64,000 nucleotides of DNA. Origin: an uncultured virus (IMG/VR IMGVR_UViG_3300026453_000533). Taxonomy: Duplodnaviria > Heunggongvirae > Uroviricota > Caudoviricetes. Where the stretch lies: the IMG/VR virus record IMGVR_UViG_3300026453_000533, positions 1 to 64,000 of that record. The stretch is one strand, 5' to 3'. Shown here one piece after another: positions 38,376 to 49,000 of this stretch; positions within the stretch are counted from its first letter, which is position 1, and the number at the start of each line of letters is the position of its first letter. The notes under the pieces were generated by a model, which worked only from the letters and a program-made list of their open reading frames with translations, was not told where the DNA came from and did no database searches. Position numbers and translations under genes: made by a program.

Positions 38376-38831
38376 ATGACAAATGTTATAGAAAGTCGGT
38401 TTGATTATGATATCGAACCATTATGGATTAACGAAGATATGAGCAATAAATTATTTTGCACTTTTACCACTGAAGAAACTTTAGAACCTACATTACAGGT
38501 TATAAAAGAGAAGTACTCGATTATGTACAATAAGATTTTTGTGCTTTATTCAAAAAGCCAAGATGAATACATATGTACATATAATGTAGATTTTGCAAAT
38601 ATATCTAACTTTATAGATAATACAATTTTAGTTCATAGAAAGAAAGAATCCAATACTCTGTATACAATCAACGCACTGAATACTCTTATAAAAGAATTGA
38701 ATGGCGGAAGATTAGACACTTCATACAGAATCAACTGGTCAGATTACCGCAACTGCGTACTACTTACTAAAGGATCAGAATTAAAAAGAATTAATACAAA
38801 ACTTTTTCGTATAATAGAGTTGGAAAACTAA
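38376..38831 (+). CDS. Hypothetical phage protein
   Basis: Good ORF preceded by TATTTATA at 38364; no recognised motif. Confidence 0.65.
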   Translation: MTNVIESRFDYDIEPLWINEDMSNKLFCTFTTEETLEPTLQVIKEKYSIMYNKIFVLYSKSQDEYICTYNVDFANISNFIDNTILVHRKKESNTLYTINALNTLIKELNGGRLDTSYRINWSDYRNCVLLTKGSELKRINTKLFRIIELEN

Positions 38832-38848
38832 ATTATAGTTCGTATATT
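38820..38848 (+). promoter_or_regulatory. TTG-N20-TATATT promoter
   Basis: Upstream of the SSB gene. Confidence 0.7.
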
Positions 38849-38887
38849 GTATTAATAATAAATGTTTTAAATTAAAAATGTTACAAT

Positions 38888-39688
38888 ATGGATATTAACG
38901 CTATCAAGGCTAAACTAGACGCCTTAAACTCTAATGGTCAGGAGAGAGAAAAAACAGACTACTCAAAAATCTTTTGGAAACCTGAATTAGGAAAACAGAC
39001 AGTACGGTTAGTACCATCTGCTTTCGACCCTGCTATGCCTTTCAAAGAGTTAAAGTTCCACTACGGTATTGGAAAGTACCCTATGGTAGCTTTATCTAAT
39101 TTTGGTAAGCAAGACCCTATTGAAGAATTTGTAAAAGAGCTTAAAAAAACATCTGATAAAGACAATTGGTCTCTAGCAGGTAAAATTAACCCTAAAACAC
39201 GAATCTTTGCTCCTGTTGTAGTAAGAGGAGAAGAAGAAAAAGGTGTACGTATTTGGGGATTCGGAGTAACGATTTATAGAGCACTCCTTGCTCTAATTGC
39301 CGATGAAGATATAGGAGACATTACAGATGTAATAAACGGATGGGATTTAGTTGTAGAACAAGTACAGGGTAACCCTTACCCCGAAACTTCGGTTAGAATT
39401 AAACCTAAACAAACTCCACTATCGGATAATAATGATCAAGTAGATACTTGGTTAAAAACTCAACCTAATCCTACAGAAGTACATACTCAGTATGATTATG
39501 AGTTTATTAAAAAACAACTTCAAAATTATCTTAACCCAGGTTCAGCAGAAGAAAGTACTCCTGCGACTAAAACAGATGATAAACTGCCAGAAAGCTTAGG
39601 TCAACAAAAAACAGACTTTACTTTGGAAACAGCTACGGCTGGCAACAAAGACACAGTTAGTAAATTTGATGACTTATTTAATGAATAA
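38888..39688 (+). CDS. Single-stranded DNA-binding protein (gp32-like)
   Basis: FWKP..G...VRLVP, GVRIWGFG, DITD...G.DL, acidic end KFDDLFNE. Confidence 0.8.
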   Translation: MDINAIKAKLDALNSNGQEREKTDYSKIFWKPELGKQTVRLVPSAFDPAMPFKELKFHYGIGKYPMVALSNFGKQDPIEEFVKELKKTSDKDNWSLAGKINPKTRIFAPVVVRGEEEKGVRIWGFGVTIYRALLALIADEDIGDITDVINGWDLVVEQVQGNPYPETSVRIKPKQTPLSDNNDQVDTWLKTQPNPTEVHTQYDYEFIKKQLQNYLNPGSAEESTPATKTDDKLPESLGQQKTDFTLETATAGNKDTVSKFDDLFNE

Positions 39689-40761
39689 TGGCAAAGAAAA
39701 AAGAAGAAGTACAAGCAAGAGCGACTGCTGCAGTTCAGAAGTCGTTTAATTTAGGGAATTTTAAAAAGAAGAAAGGTTTTTCTAATGCTTCGGTAAAGTT
39801 TAAAGAACAAGGATGGATTCCTTTATCTAAAGCTTTCCAGGACATTACCTCACTACCTGGCATCCCCACTGGTCATATTACGTTATTACGAGGACATAGT
39901 GATACCGGTAAAACAACAGCTCTAATAGAAGCAGCAGTTAATGCTCAAAAAATGGGCATACTACCTGTCTTTATTATTACTGAGATGAAATGGTCATGGG
40001 ATCATGCCAAGGAAATGGGTCTTCAATTTGAAGAAACTACTGATGACAAGGGTAATGTTACCGATTACGAAGGACATTTCTTATATGCCGATAGAGGTCA
40101 ACTCAATACTATTGAAGATGTAGCAGTTTATATTGCAGACCTAATGGATGAACAAGCAAAAGGTAATCTACCTTACGATATGTGTTTCTTCTGGGATAGT
40201 ATAGGCTCAGTACCATGCGACCTTTCAGTACGTTCTAACAAGAACAATAACGAATGGAATGCAGGTGCTATGTCTACTCAGTTCGGTAATAACCTTAATC
40301 AGAAAATTTTATTATCGAGAAAAGAGAATGCCGCTTATACCAACACTTTAGTTGCTATTAATAAAGTCTGGACTATGAAACCAGAACATCCAATGGGACA
40401 ACCGAAATTACAGAATAAAGGAGGTATGTCTATGTGGTATGATGCTACGTTAGTTATTACATTTGGTAATATCACTAATCCTGGTACTTCTAAGATTAAG
40501 GCTATAAAAAATGGTATGCAAGTTGAATTTGCTAAACGTACTAACGTTCAAGTAGAGAAGAATCATATCGGAGGAGTTCAATCTAGAGGTAGAATTGTAA
40601 TGACTCAACACGGCTTTATAGAAGATGATAAGAAAGCAATTGATAAATATAGAGATGCTCATAAAGAACATTGGCTGAAGTTAGTCGGTTCTATAGACTT
40701 TGATCTTATTGAAGAAGGAGATTTAGAAGAAACACCTATAACTCCAAACTTACTAGATTAA
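39688..40761 (+). CDS. RecA/UvsX-like recombinase
   Basis: PGIP.G, Walker A GHSDTGKT, WDSIG, KGG...WYDA, KNH. Confidence 0.85.
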   Translation: MAKKKEEVQARATAAVQKSFNLGNFKKKKGFSNASVKFKEQGWIPLSKAFQDITSLPGIPTGHITLLRGHSDTGKTTALIEAAVNAQKMGILPVFIITEMKWSWDHAKEMGLQFEETTDDKGNVTDYEGHFLYADRGQLNTIEDVAVYIADLMDEQAKGNLPYDMCFFWDSIGSVPCDLSVRSNKNNNEWNAGAMSTQFGNNLNQKILLSRKENAAYTNTLVAINKVWTMKPEHPMGQPKLQNKGGMSMWYDATLVITFGNITNPGTSKIKAIKNGMQVEFAKRTNVQVEKNHIGGVQSRGRIVMTQHGFIEDDKKAIDKYRDAHKEHWLKLVGSIDFDLIEEGDLEETPITPNLLD

Positions 40762-41792
40762 TGGCGTACGATGACATTCTAAATAATTTAAAACAGACCC
40801 CACCCCGATCGCTAAACGATCACATACTGATTGTTGATGCTATGAATATGCTCATTAGATCATTTTCATTACTCAAAGCGATGAACCCCGACGGCCACCA
40901 CATCGGTGGCCTGGTTGGGTTTTTAAGATCGTTAGGGTATGTGACTAGAATTTTTGATCCAACAAGAGTTATAGTAGTATGGGACGGTAAGGGAGGATCT
41001 GCAAATCGTAAAAATATTGATCCTAACTATAAAGCACAACGTGCGACCTCAAGAATTACACATTGGGGATTATACGATACCAAAGAGGAAGAAACAGAAG
41101 CCCTTATCGGTCAATTGTACAGAGTACAGGACTATCTTGAATGCTTACCAGTACACCAAATAGGGTTAGAGAAATTAGAAGCTGATGATATTATAGCATA
41201 TATAGCTCAAAAAGCTTCTATATCTTCGGTTAAAAAATGTACTATCATATCTTCAGATAAGGATTTCCTACAGTTAATAGACGATACTATAGAGGTATAT
41301 GCTCCAGTTAAGAAAAAAACATTTACTCAAGATAATATATTCGAGGAATTAAAAGTTCTTCCAGAAAATTATAATGTAGTAAAAGCACTACTAGGAGATA
41401 ACTCAGATAATTTACCGGGGGTGAAAGGTTTAGGTATAAAAACAATAGTTTCCGAATTCCCTGAACTTCTAACTAATCCTAAATCTAACCTGCAGTATGT
41501 ATATGATACATGTGCTTCCAAGCTAGATGAAAAGAAAGTAAAGAAGATATTTCCTAAAATCTTAACAGAGTGGGATAGAGTAGAGACTAATTATACACTA
41601 ATGGATTTAAGTATTTCTGATTTAGACGATAAAGAAAAAGAAGTAGTTAATGAAACTATAAAAGCACCTATCCCCGGTATACAGACTGGCGGGTTCTTAC
41701 ATTTGTTAGGATTAGATAAAATAGAGGGCATTACAAAGAATACTGAAGGCTGGTTAGAAAACTTTAGAGGGCTTACAACAGTAAAAAAATAG
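40761..41792 (+). CDS. 5'-3' exonuclease / RNase H (flap endonuclease)
   Basis: VDAMN..IR, VWDG, YKAQR, EADD, SSDKD, GDNSDNLPGVKGLGIKT. Confidence 0.92.
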   Translation: MAYDDILNNLKQTPPRSLNDHILIVDAMNMLIRSFSLLKAMNPDGHHIGGLVGFLRSLGYVTRIFDPTRVIVVWDGKGGSANRKNIDPNYKAQRATSRITHWGLYDTKEEETEALIGQLYRVQDYLECLPVHQIGLEKLEADDIIAYIAQKASISSVKKCTIISSDKDFLQLIDDTIEVYAPVKKKTFTQDNIFEELKVLPENYNVVKALLGDNSDNLPGVKGLGIKTIVSEFPELLTNPKSNLQYVYDTCASKLDEKKVKKIFPKILTEWDRVETNYTLMDLSISDLDDKEKEVVNETIKAPIPGIQTGGFLHLLGLDKIEGITKNTEGWLENFRGLTTVKK

Positions 41793-41815
41793 TAAAAAAA
41801 AATGTATTCATCTAG

Positions 41816-41844
41816 TTGGTTATTAACTTATAATTAACTATATT
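41816..41844 (+). promoter_or_regulatory. TTG-N20-TATATT promoter
   Basis: Upstream of the helicase gene. Confidence 0.7.
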
Positions 41845-41861
41845 AAATAAAAGGTTACAAT

Positions 41862-43211
41862 ATGACATTAAAATCGCTACAGCAATACGGGAAGGGGTTC
41901 CAACTTAAAGTGTTAGGTTCATTACTTACAGATAAAAAGTTTCTACTAAATGTACGAGATGTATTAAGTGAAGATTACTTTGACGCTGATACTCATAAAT
42001 GGATTGTAAATGAAATTATATCTTATTTTGATAAGTACCACACTACCGTTACTATGGACGTTCTTAAAGTAGAGCTTCAGAAGTTAGAAAACGAAGTACT
42101 CCAAGTAGCACTTAAAGAAGAATTACGAAATTCATATCAAGCATCTCAAGATGATTTAGATTACGTACAGGAAGAGTTTACAACTTTTTGTAAGAACCAG
42201 GAAATGAAACAAGCCATTTTAAGTTCCGCAGACCTTCTTAAACAAGGAGATTTTGACGGAATAAGAAATATGGTTGAAAAAGCTATGAGAGCTGGTATGG
42301 ATAAGAATATAGGACATGAATATAATGTAGACATAGAAAGTCGATATAGGGTTGATTACCGTCCTACAATACCAACTCCTTGGCCTGTTCTCAATGAAGG
42401 TATTCAAGGAGGATTTGGACCAGGAGATTTAGCTATCGTATTCGGTAACCCTGGTGGTGGAAAGAGTTGGACTTGTGTAGCAATGGCAGCACATGCAGTT
42501 AAGATGGGTTATAAAGTTAACTACTATACTTTGGAACTAGGAGAGGACTATGTAGGTAAGCGATTTGATTGCTACTTTACAGGGTACTCTATCGATGAAG
42601 TAAATAACCACCGTAAAGATGTACAATCATATGTAGATGGATTAAAAGGTAAGTTGATTGTTAAGGAATATGCTCCTAAAGGTGCTACAGTCAATACTAT
42701 AAAATCACATATACAGAAGTGTATTGATATGGATCATAAACCAGACCTAGTAGTTATAGATTACGTTGATTACTTACGAGCACCCTCTAAAGGTAAATTC
42801 TCAGAACGAAAAGACGAGATAGATGATGTATTTATAGCGACTAAAGGATTAGCTAAAGAATTTAAAATTCCAGTCATTACTCCTTCCCAAGTTAATAGAA
42901 TGGGTGCTAAAGATTCGGTTATTGAAGGAGACAAAGCAGCAGGTAGTTACGATAAAATGATGGTAGCAGATATGTGTTTTTCATTGTCAAGAATGAAAGA
43001 AGATAAAGTACTAGGGACCGGAAGATGGCATGTTATGAAAAACAGATACGGTCAGGATGGAATGACATATAATTTAAAAATGGATACAAACAACGGTCAT
43101 ATAGAATTTGAAGGAAAGGCAAATCCTGAGGATCTTATAAAGGACAACGATGCTCCTAACTTTACTTTGTCACGCGAAACTATGTCGCAAATTTTTGATA
43201 AAAAGTTGTAA
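41862..43211 (+). CDS. Replicative DnaB/gp41-like helicase
   Basis: GNPGGGKS Walker A, TLEL, VIDYVD, SQVNR, KNRYG. Confidence 0.92.
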   Translation: MTLKSLQQYGKGFQLKVLGSLLTDKKFLLNVRDVLSEDYFDADTHKWIVNEIISYFDKYHTTVTMDVLKVELQKLENEVLQVALKEELRNSYQASQDDLDYVQEEFTTFCKNQEMKQAILSSADLLKQGDFDGIRNMVEKAMRAGMDKNIGHEYNVDIESRYRVDYRPTIPTPWPVLNEGIQGGFGPGDLAIVFGNPGGGKSWTCVAMAAHAVKMGYKVNYYTLELGEDYVGKRFDCYFTGYSIDEVNNHRKDVQSYVDGLKGKLIVKEYAPKGATVNTIKSHIQKCIDMDHKPDLVVIDYVDYLRAPSKGKFSERKDEIDDVFIATKGLAKEFKIPVITPSQVNRMGAKDSVIEGDKAAGSYDKMMVADMCFSLSRMKEDKVLGTGRWHVMKNRYGQDGMTYNLKMDTNNGHIEFEGKANPEDLIKDNDAPNFTLSRETMSQIFDKKL

Positions 43212-43254
43212 ATAGTTTGGTAAAAACCAAAATATATATGCTATTTATCTAAGC

Positions 43255-43292
43255 GTCCTCGAGGAACTAGATAGTAAATCTCGAGGACTTTT
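43255..43292 (+). other. 9-bp inverted repeat (hairpin/terminator-like) in the nrdB leader
   Basis: GTCCTCGAG-N16-CTCGAGGAC followed by TTTT. Confidence 0.55.
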
Positions 43293-43325
43293 CTGTCTAA
43301 TTAATAAAAAAATATATAAAGATAT

Positions 43326-44303
43326 ATGAGCCTTTTAAAAGAACGCATCGTTTACAAGCCATTTGAATATCCAAAAGCATATGATTTTTGGTTAAAGCAA
43401 CAACAAGCACATTGGTTACATACTGAAGTACCAATGGCACAAGACGTTACAGATTGGGCTAGTAACCTTAAGCCACATGAAAAAAATGTAGTAGGAGGAA
43501 TTCTAAAAGGATTTGCACAGACAGAAACGATCGTAAACGACTACTGGTCAACATTAGTTACTAAATGGTTTAGAAAACCAGAAGTTATTATGATGGGTAC
43601 TACACTAGGCTCTTCAGAAACTATTCATGCTGAAGCTTATTCACTTCTTAACGAACAATTAGGATTAGATAACTTTGCTGAATTTTTAGAAGATGAAGCT
43701 ACGATGGCTAAGATAGAATCGTTAATGGAAGTTAGAGACAATCACGACGGTACCCCTAACTGGCATCAAAGAGCTGTCTCTCTCGCTATATTTTCTGCTT
43801 TCACAGAAGGAGTTAACTTGTTTAGTTCCTTTGCTGTGTTACTGTCTTTTAAAATGAGAAACCTTCTTAAAGGTGTAGGACAGATAGTAGAATGGTCTGT
43901 AAGAGATGAATCACTGCATTCAGAAGCAGGATGCTGGTTATTTAGAACTCTTATGAAAGAACATCCAGAATTTAAGACACCGGAGCTTATAAAAGATATT
44001 GAAGAAGCTGCATATGGTGCTGTAAAATTAGAGTTTGATTTTATAGATAAGATTTTTGAAATGGGAGATCTAGATAACTTAAGTAAGGAAGAATTAAAAA
44101 ACTTCATTAAGCATAGAGTAAACACAAAAATGGCCGATTTAGGATTAAAGCCTATAATCCCTGCAGAAGATATCGATAAAGGCGCATTAAAGACAATGAA
44201 ATGGTTTGACGCTGTAATTGCAGGAAAACAGCAAACAGACTTTTTCGCTAATAGAGTTACGAATTATGCTAAAGGGCACTTAGATTGGTCAACAGCATTT
44301 TAA
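43326..44303 (+). CDS. nrdB: Ribonucleotide reductase class Ia beta subunit
   Basis: YKPFEYP, W...EV....D..DW, ETIHAEAYS, EGV.LFSSF, RDESLH, DFF..RVT.Y. Confidence 0.95.
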   Translation: MSLLKERIVYKPFEYPKAYDFWLKQQQAHWLHTEVPMAQDVTDWASNLKPHEKNVVGGILKGFAQTETIVNDYWSTLVTKWFRKPEVIMMGTTLGSSETIHAEAYSLLNEQLGLDNFAEFLEDEATMAKIESLMEVRDNHDGTPNWHQRAVSLAIFSAFTEGVNLFSSFAVLLSFKMRNLLKGVGQIVEWSVRDESLHSEAGCWLFRTLMKEHPEFKTPELIKDIEEAAYGAVKLEFDFIDKIFEMGDLDNLSKEELKNFIKHRVNTKMADLGLKPIIPAEDIDKGALKTMKWFDAVIAGKQQTDFFANRVTNYAKGHLDWSTAF

Positions 44304-44314
44304 AATAAAGGTAT

Positions 44315-46027
44315 ATGAGTTTAATAGTGGACACAACTGAATGGGTAGCCGGAAAAGATTACCCAGAATGGATGAATGAAGTATCAATAGCAACAATATC
44401 TAAAGGATACTTAGGACAAGGAGAAAACGTAAAATCTGCATATAGAAGAGTAGCTTCTACTATAGCAAAAAGATTAGACCGTCCAGATCTAGAGAATAAA
44501 TTCTTTAGGTATATGTGGAAAGGATGGTTGAACTTAGCCTCACCGGTACTTTCAAATACCGGCACTGACAAAGGATTGCCAATTTCATGTTTTGGTATCG
44601 ATACACCCGACTCGATACGCGGTATTGGATTAACTAATGCTGAATTAATGAGATTGACATCCTTAGGCGGTGGTGTAGGTATTGGTCTATCTAAGGTTAG
44701 AGGTAGAGGAGAAAAAATCGGTAATGAAGTAGGTCAGTCAGAGGGTATTGTTCCTTGGGCTAAGATTTATGATTCTACTATTATAGCTACTAACCAAGGA
44801 GCTGTGAGGAGAGGAGCAGCTTCTGTTAATTTAGATATAAATCATCCAGATATTTCGGAATATTTAGAGATAAGAAGACCTAAAGGAGATCCTAATAGAC
44901 AGTGTCTTAACTTACATCAATGTGTTGTAGTGGATGATGCCTTTATGCAAAAATTAGAGCATAGAGACCCTGAGGCTATGGAACTATGGGTGAAAATACT
45001 TAAATCTAGAGTTGAAACAGGAGAACCATACCTTATGTTCAAGGATACTGTCAATAATGCTAATCCTCCTGCATATAAAAAGAATAACTTAGACGTTACG
45101 ATGACTAATATATGCTCAGAAATTACGCTTCACACAGATGAAGAACATTCTTTCATATGTTGTCTATCTTCTGTAAACTTAACTAAATGGCATGAATGGA
45201 AAAATACAGATTTAGTAGAAACAGCCATTTATTTTCTGGACGGAGTACTAGAAGAGTTTTTAGCAAAAACATCTGGAAGGGATTCTTTAATCAGATCTCA
45301 TAGATCAGCAAAAAAAGGAAGAGCAATCGGGTTAGGAGTACTAGGATGGCATACATTTTTACAGAACGAAAGAGTTCCTTTTAATTCTATTGCTGCAACC
45401 TCATTTACTCACCAGATATTCTCCGATATAAAACAAAAAGCAGAAAATGCATCACGTAAATTAGCAGATGAATACGGTGAGCCGCTATGGTGTAAAGGAA
45501 CAGGCATGAGAAACAGTCATTTACTTGCTATCGCCCCAACAGTATCCAATAGTACGATATCAGGAGGGGTATCCGCAGGAATCGAACCAGTACCGGCTAA
45601 CATATATACATTTAACTCTGCAAAAGGAACTTTTATAAGAAAAAACCCTGCGTTAGAGAGTTATTTAGACGAAACAGGATCAAATACTGATGAAGTATGG
45701 GACCAGATTATGAGAGATAGAGGTTCTATAGCAAATTTACCCGAAGACATAATGCCTGCAGAAGATAAACCTATATTCCTTACATTTGCAGAAATAAATC
45801 AATTGGCTTTAGTTGAACAAGCAGGAGCAAGGCAGAAATACATTGACCAAACACAGTCATTAAATTTAGCATTTGATCCAACAGATAGCCCAAAGTTTAT
45901 TAATGAAGTACACCAAGCAGCATGGAGATTCGGTGTAAAAACACTCTATTACTTGCGAACCGATTCGGTAATTAATGGAGATATAGGTTCTAGGACATCT
46001 GAGGATTGCTTATCCTGTGATGGCTAA
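44315..46027 (+). CDS. nrdA: Ribonucleotide reductase class Ia alpha subunit (short, no ATP cone)
   Basis: SPVLSN, SCF, GGGVG, QG.VRRGA, TNICSEI, CCLSS, APT.S, DQTQS.N, KTLYY, C-terminal CLSC. Confidence 0.95.
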   Translation: MSLIVDTTEWVAGKDYPEWMNEVSIATISKGYLGQGENVKSAYRRVASTIAKRLDRPDLENKFFRYMWKGWLNLASPVLSNTGTDKGLPISCFGIDTPDSIRGIGLTNAELMRLTSLGGGVGIGLSKVRGRGEKIGNEVGQSEGIVPWAKIYDSTIIATNQGAVRRGAASVNLDINHPDISEYLEIRRPKGDPNRQCLNLHQCVVVDDAFMQKLEHRDPEAMELWVKILKSRVETGEPYLMFKDTVNNANPPAYKKNNLDVTMTNICSEITLHTDEEHSFICCLSSVNLTKWHEWKNTDLVETAIYFLDGVLEEFLAKTSGRDSLIRSHRSAKKGRAIGLGVLGWHTFLQNERVPFNSIAATSFTHQIFSDIKQKAENASRKLADEYGEPLWCKGTGMRNSHLLAIAPTVSNSTISGGVSAGIEPVPANIYTFNSAKGTFIRKNPALESYLDETGSNTDEVWDQIMRDRGSIANLPEDIMPAEDKPIFLTFAEINQLALVEQAGARQKYIDQTQSLNLAFDPTDSPKFINEVHQAAWRFGVKTLYYLRTDSVINGDIGSRTSEDCLSCDG

Positions 46028-46059
46028 ACACCGGTAGAACGTTAAAAGTTATAGATAAC

Positions 46060-46067
46060 TATTTATA
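46060..46067 (+). promoter_or_regulatory. Putative late promoter motif TATTTATA
   Basis: Immediately before the giant Ig-like gene. Confidence 0.55.
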
Positions 46068-46071
46068 TTAA

Positions 46072-49000
46072 ATGAAGACAGTTAGAATAAAAAATCGGTC
46101 GATATCTTCGGATATTCGTATATGTAAAATATACCATACTACTAAAGTTGACGGCAACCTGTTAACAACACCGGTATCGTCAAGTGGAATTTTTACTGGC
46201 GCCGATCTGGCCCAAGGAATCGAATTTCAAGTTCAAGATTCAGTAGATCAGTTTATAGTAGTAAATTTACCCGAAGATGACTGCGAAGGTGCAGAATGTA
46301 AGGTATGTACTAATATTGGTTCTGGGAGTATTTCAGGAGAATTTACAGATAATGATATTTTATACTCTATACAGCCTGGTAGGTTTGGAAAAGTAGATTA
46401 TGACGGACAATTTTCAGGAAGTGTTACAAGTGATAATGACATTACTTCAAGTAACTTTACAAATAACCATGCAATAAACAATACTTTTACATTAACTGCT
46501 ACACCTACACCTCCTTATGTGTTTGAAGGCTGGTTCGATAATGTTAACAGAACAGGCCCAGCACTATCCACGAATACTACAGTAACCGTAGCATCTGGAA
46601 GTATAGACGGTACAACGGCATATTCAACTAATTGGTTCGTTAAGTATGTTAATAATGAACCTCTTTTTAAGTTAGGAGCACCTGACGGTTCTACTGTAAT
46701 TCAATTTACTAGAGCCAGAAATGAAAATAGAGGTCCGGAAGAAATAGCTAAATTCTACTTCTCAGATCTAGATGGTGACGACCTAACAGTATCTCTAAAC
46801 CCTGACCCAGATAATCACTTTTCTTTTACTGAAAATTCTGACCATATAACTTTCCAGCAAGTTACTTCCTCACTAGATTACGAAAGCAAAACAGCATATA
46901 GTATGTCTATTAGTGTTAGTGACGGAACCGATACAACACTACTTCCAGTAAGAATAGATGTAATAGATAATTTACAACCAACAGTACTCGACCAAGCAAT
47001 GTCTAATTTTGGTGAAAATAGTGCTGACGGAGCAATAGTAGGACAAATTATAAGCTCAGACCCAGACTCTGATGCAATTTCGTTTATTAATATTTCACTA
47101 CACTCTATTAGCTATAGCGGCAAAAGCTTATCAACAGGATCTTTTGCAGGAACAGGGTTTAACGATCCAACAGCGGATGCATTTAATATATCTTCTACAG
47201 GACAGATTACTAAAAAATCTGGATCTTACCTCAATCATAGAATAATAGATTCATATACTTATCAGGTAACAGCTGATGATGATTATAACGAGGGTACATC
47301 AACTGCGTTAATCACTATTCCGGTAGTACAAGACGGACAAACTGTATACGTATCAGGAGATGGAGATAATAATGTATATGTAGTTGAAACAGCACTCTTA
47401 GGAGATTCAGTTTATGATGATCCTAGCGGGGTAACAGGTTCCTTAGCAACATTCACTGCTAACTTACCAGTTACATGGTCTGTTACTTCAACTCCATACA
47501 ACGCTCTTTCAATAGACTCTTCAGGAACCCTAACAGTAAACCAAGACATTGACGGATCATTTGTGGCAGGAGACAAATTTTATGCCACAGTTACGGGAAC
47601 TAGTTCGATAGGACGAACACACGTTATAAATATAGTAATTAACGTAACAGCAGATACAAGCCCCGCTACAATTACAGGTTTGGGTACATCTTCTTTCGCA
47701 TATGTAATTGAATCAGCAGTAGAAAACGATTCAATATACCTAAGTTCTAACGGATATTCAGGTACTAGAGTAAAATTCGAATCAGATCAAACACCTACTA
47801 CATGGTCAGTTACACCGACTTCTAAATTAGAAATAGACTCTTCAGGGTATGTAACACTTGGATCTGATATCTCAGGATCAAGCTTTTCTCACCCACAGAC
47901 TATAGCTAGTAAGGTAGTTGCAACAAATACGTTCGGGAATACTTCTTCTTTAGACTTTACATTGCAGATTACAGAAAATACTGCACCGGATATAATATTT
48001 GATAATCACGTTTCATCTTTTGATACGAATTATGCAATAGCAAATGCTAGATTAGTTACAGCTTCATTTAACGATATAGAAGGAGATAGTATAGATCACG
48101 GTTCATTTACATTTACCGATACATCAGGGCAATTAGATTATGTAAAAGCGGGAGATGTTTACTATATTTACGCACTAAACCCTCTATCAGCTAGTGCTTA
48201 TTCTTTTGATATAGGAATTGAAGATGAACATGGGTTTAGTAAAAATGAAGAAACACATACTATAAATGTAGGATTTGCACAAAATTATCCACCTACTATC
48301 ACCTATAACAACCATACAGTAAACCTATTTAGTAACTTAGCTGTTTCTGGTGCAACATTAGTAACTGCTTCTATAAGTGATACAGAAGGAGACCCAATAA
48401 ATTACGATTCTTTTACATTTATCGATCCATCAGGAGAATTAAATGCAGTAAGAGACGGAGGAGTCTACTATATTCAAGCTAATCAAAATCTTACATCATT
48501 AGATTATGAGTTTACTGCAAGTATTGCAGATAATCATGCTTTTGGAACAGCAGACCATTCATTTAGTTTGCAAGGTTCCTCTACAGGTATACTAAGAAAT
48601 AATAGTGTCTTTGTAGTCGAAACAGGACTAACAGGCCTAGGATACGAAGCAACAAAAGGATTCGGATCAGGAGTATCAGCTTCATTAGATGTAATTTATT
48701 CTCCTAACATAGGAGGTCAGGCTGTACAATCCTATACATCTTCTAATCCAGCAGTAGTTGTAGACAATTCAGGTAATTTAACTTTAGGACTAGACATGTC
48801 AACTACTACATCCGGTTCTGGTAATACATATACTTCGGATATTACTTTTACAGACCAATACGGCAATGTAGGTACAGGAGTTGTTGATGTAGAAGTTACT
48901 TACCCTAATTCTGGTTCATATATTAAATTTGAAGCAATTGGGTTTTTTCCACCGCAAGTTGTTTACTCAGGTTCGATAGTAGAATCCGGTCAATTTGCTA

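Noticed and set aside
43326..46027. Introns or inteins in nrdA/nrdB
   Set aside because: Both ORFs are continuous and compact, with no homing endonuclease or intein motifs.
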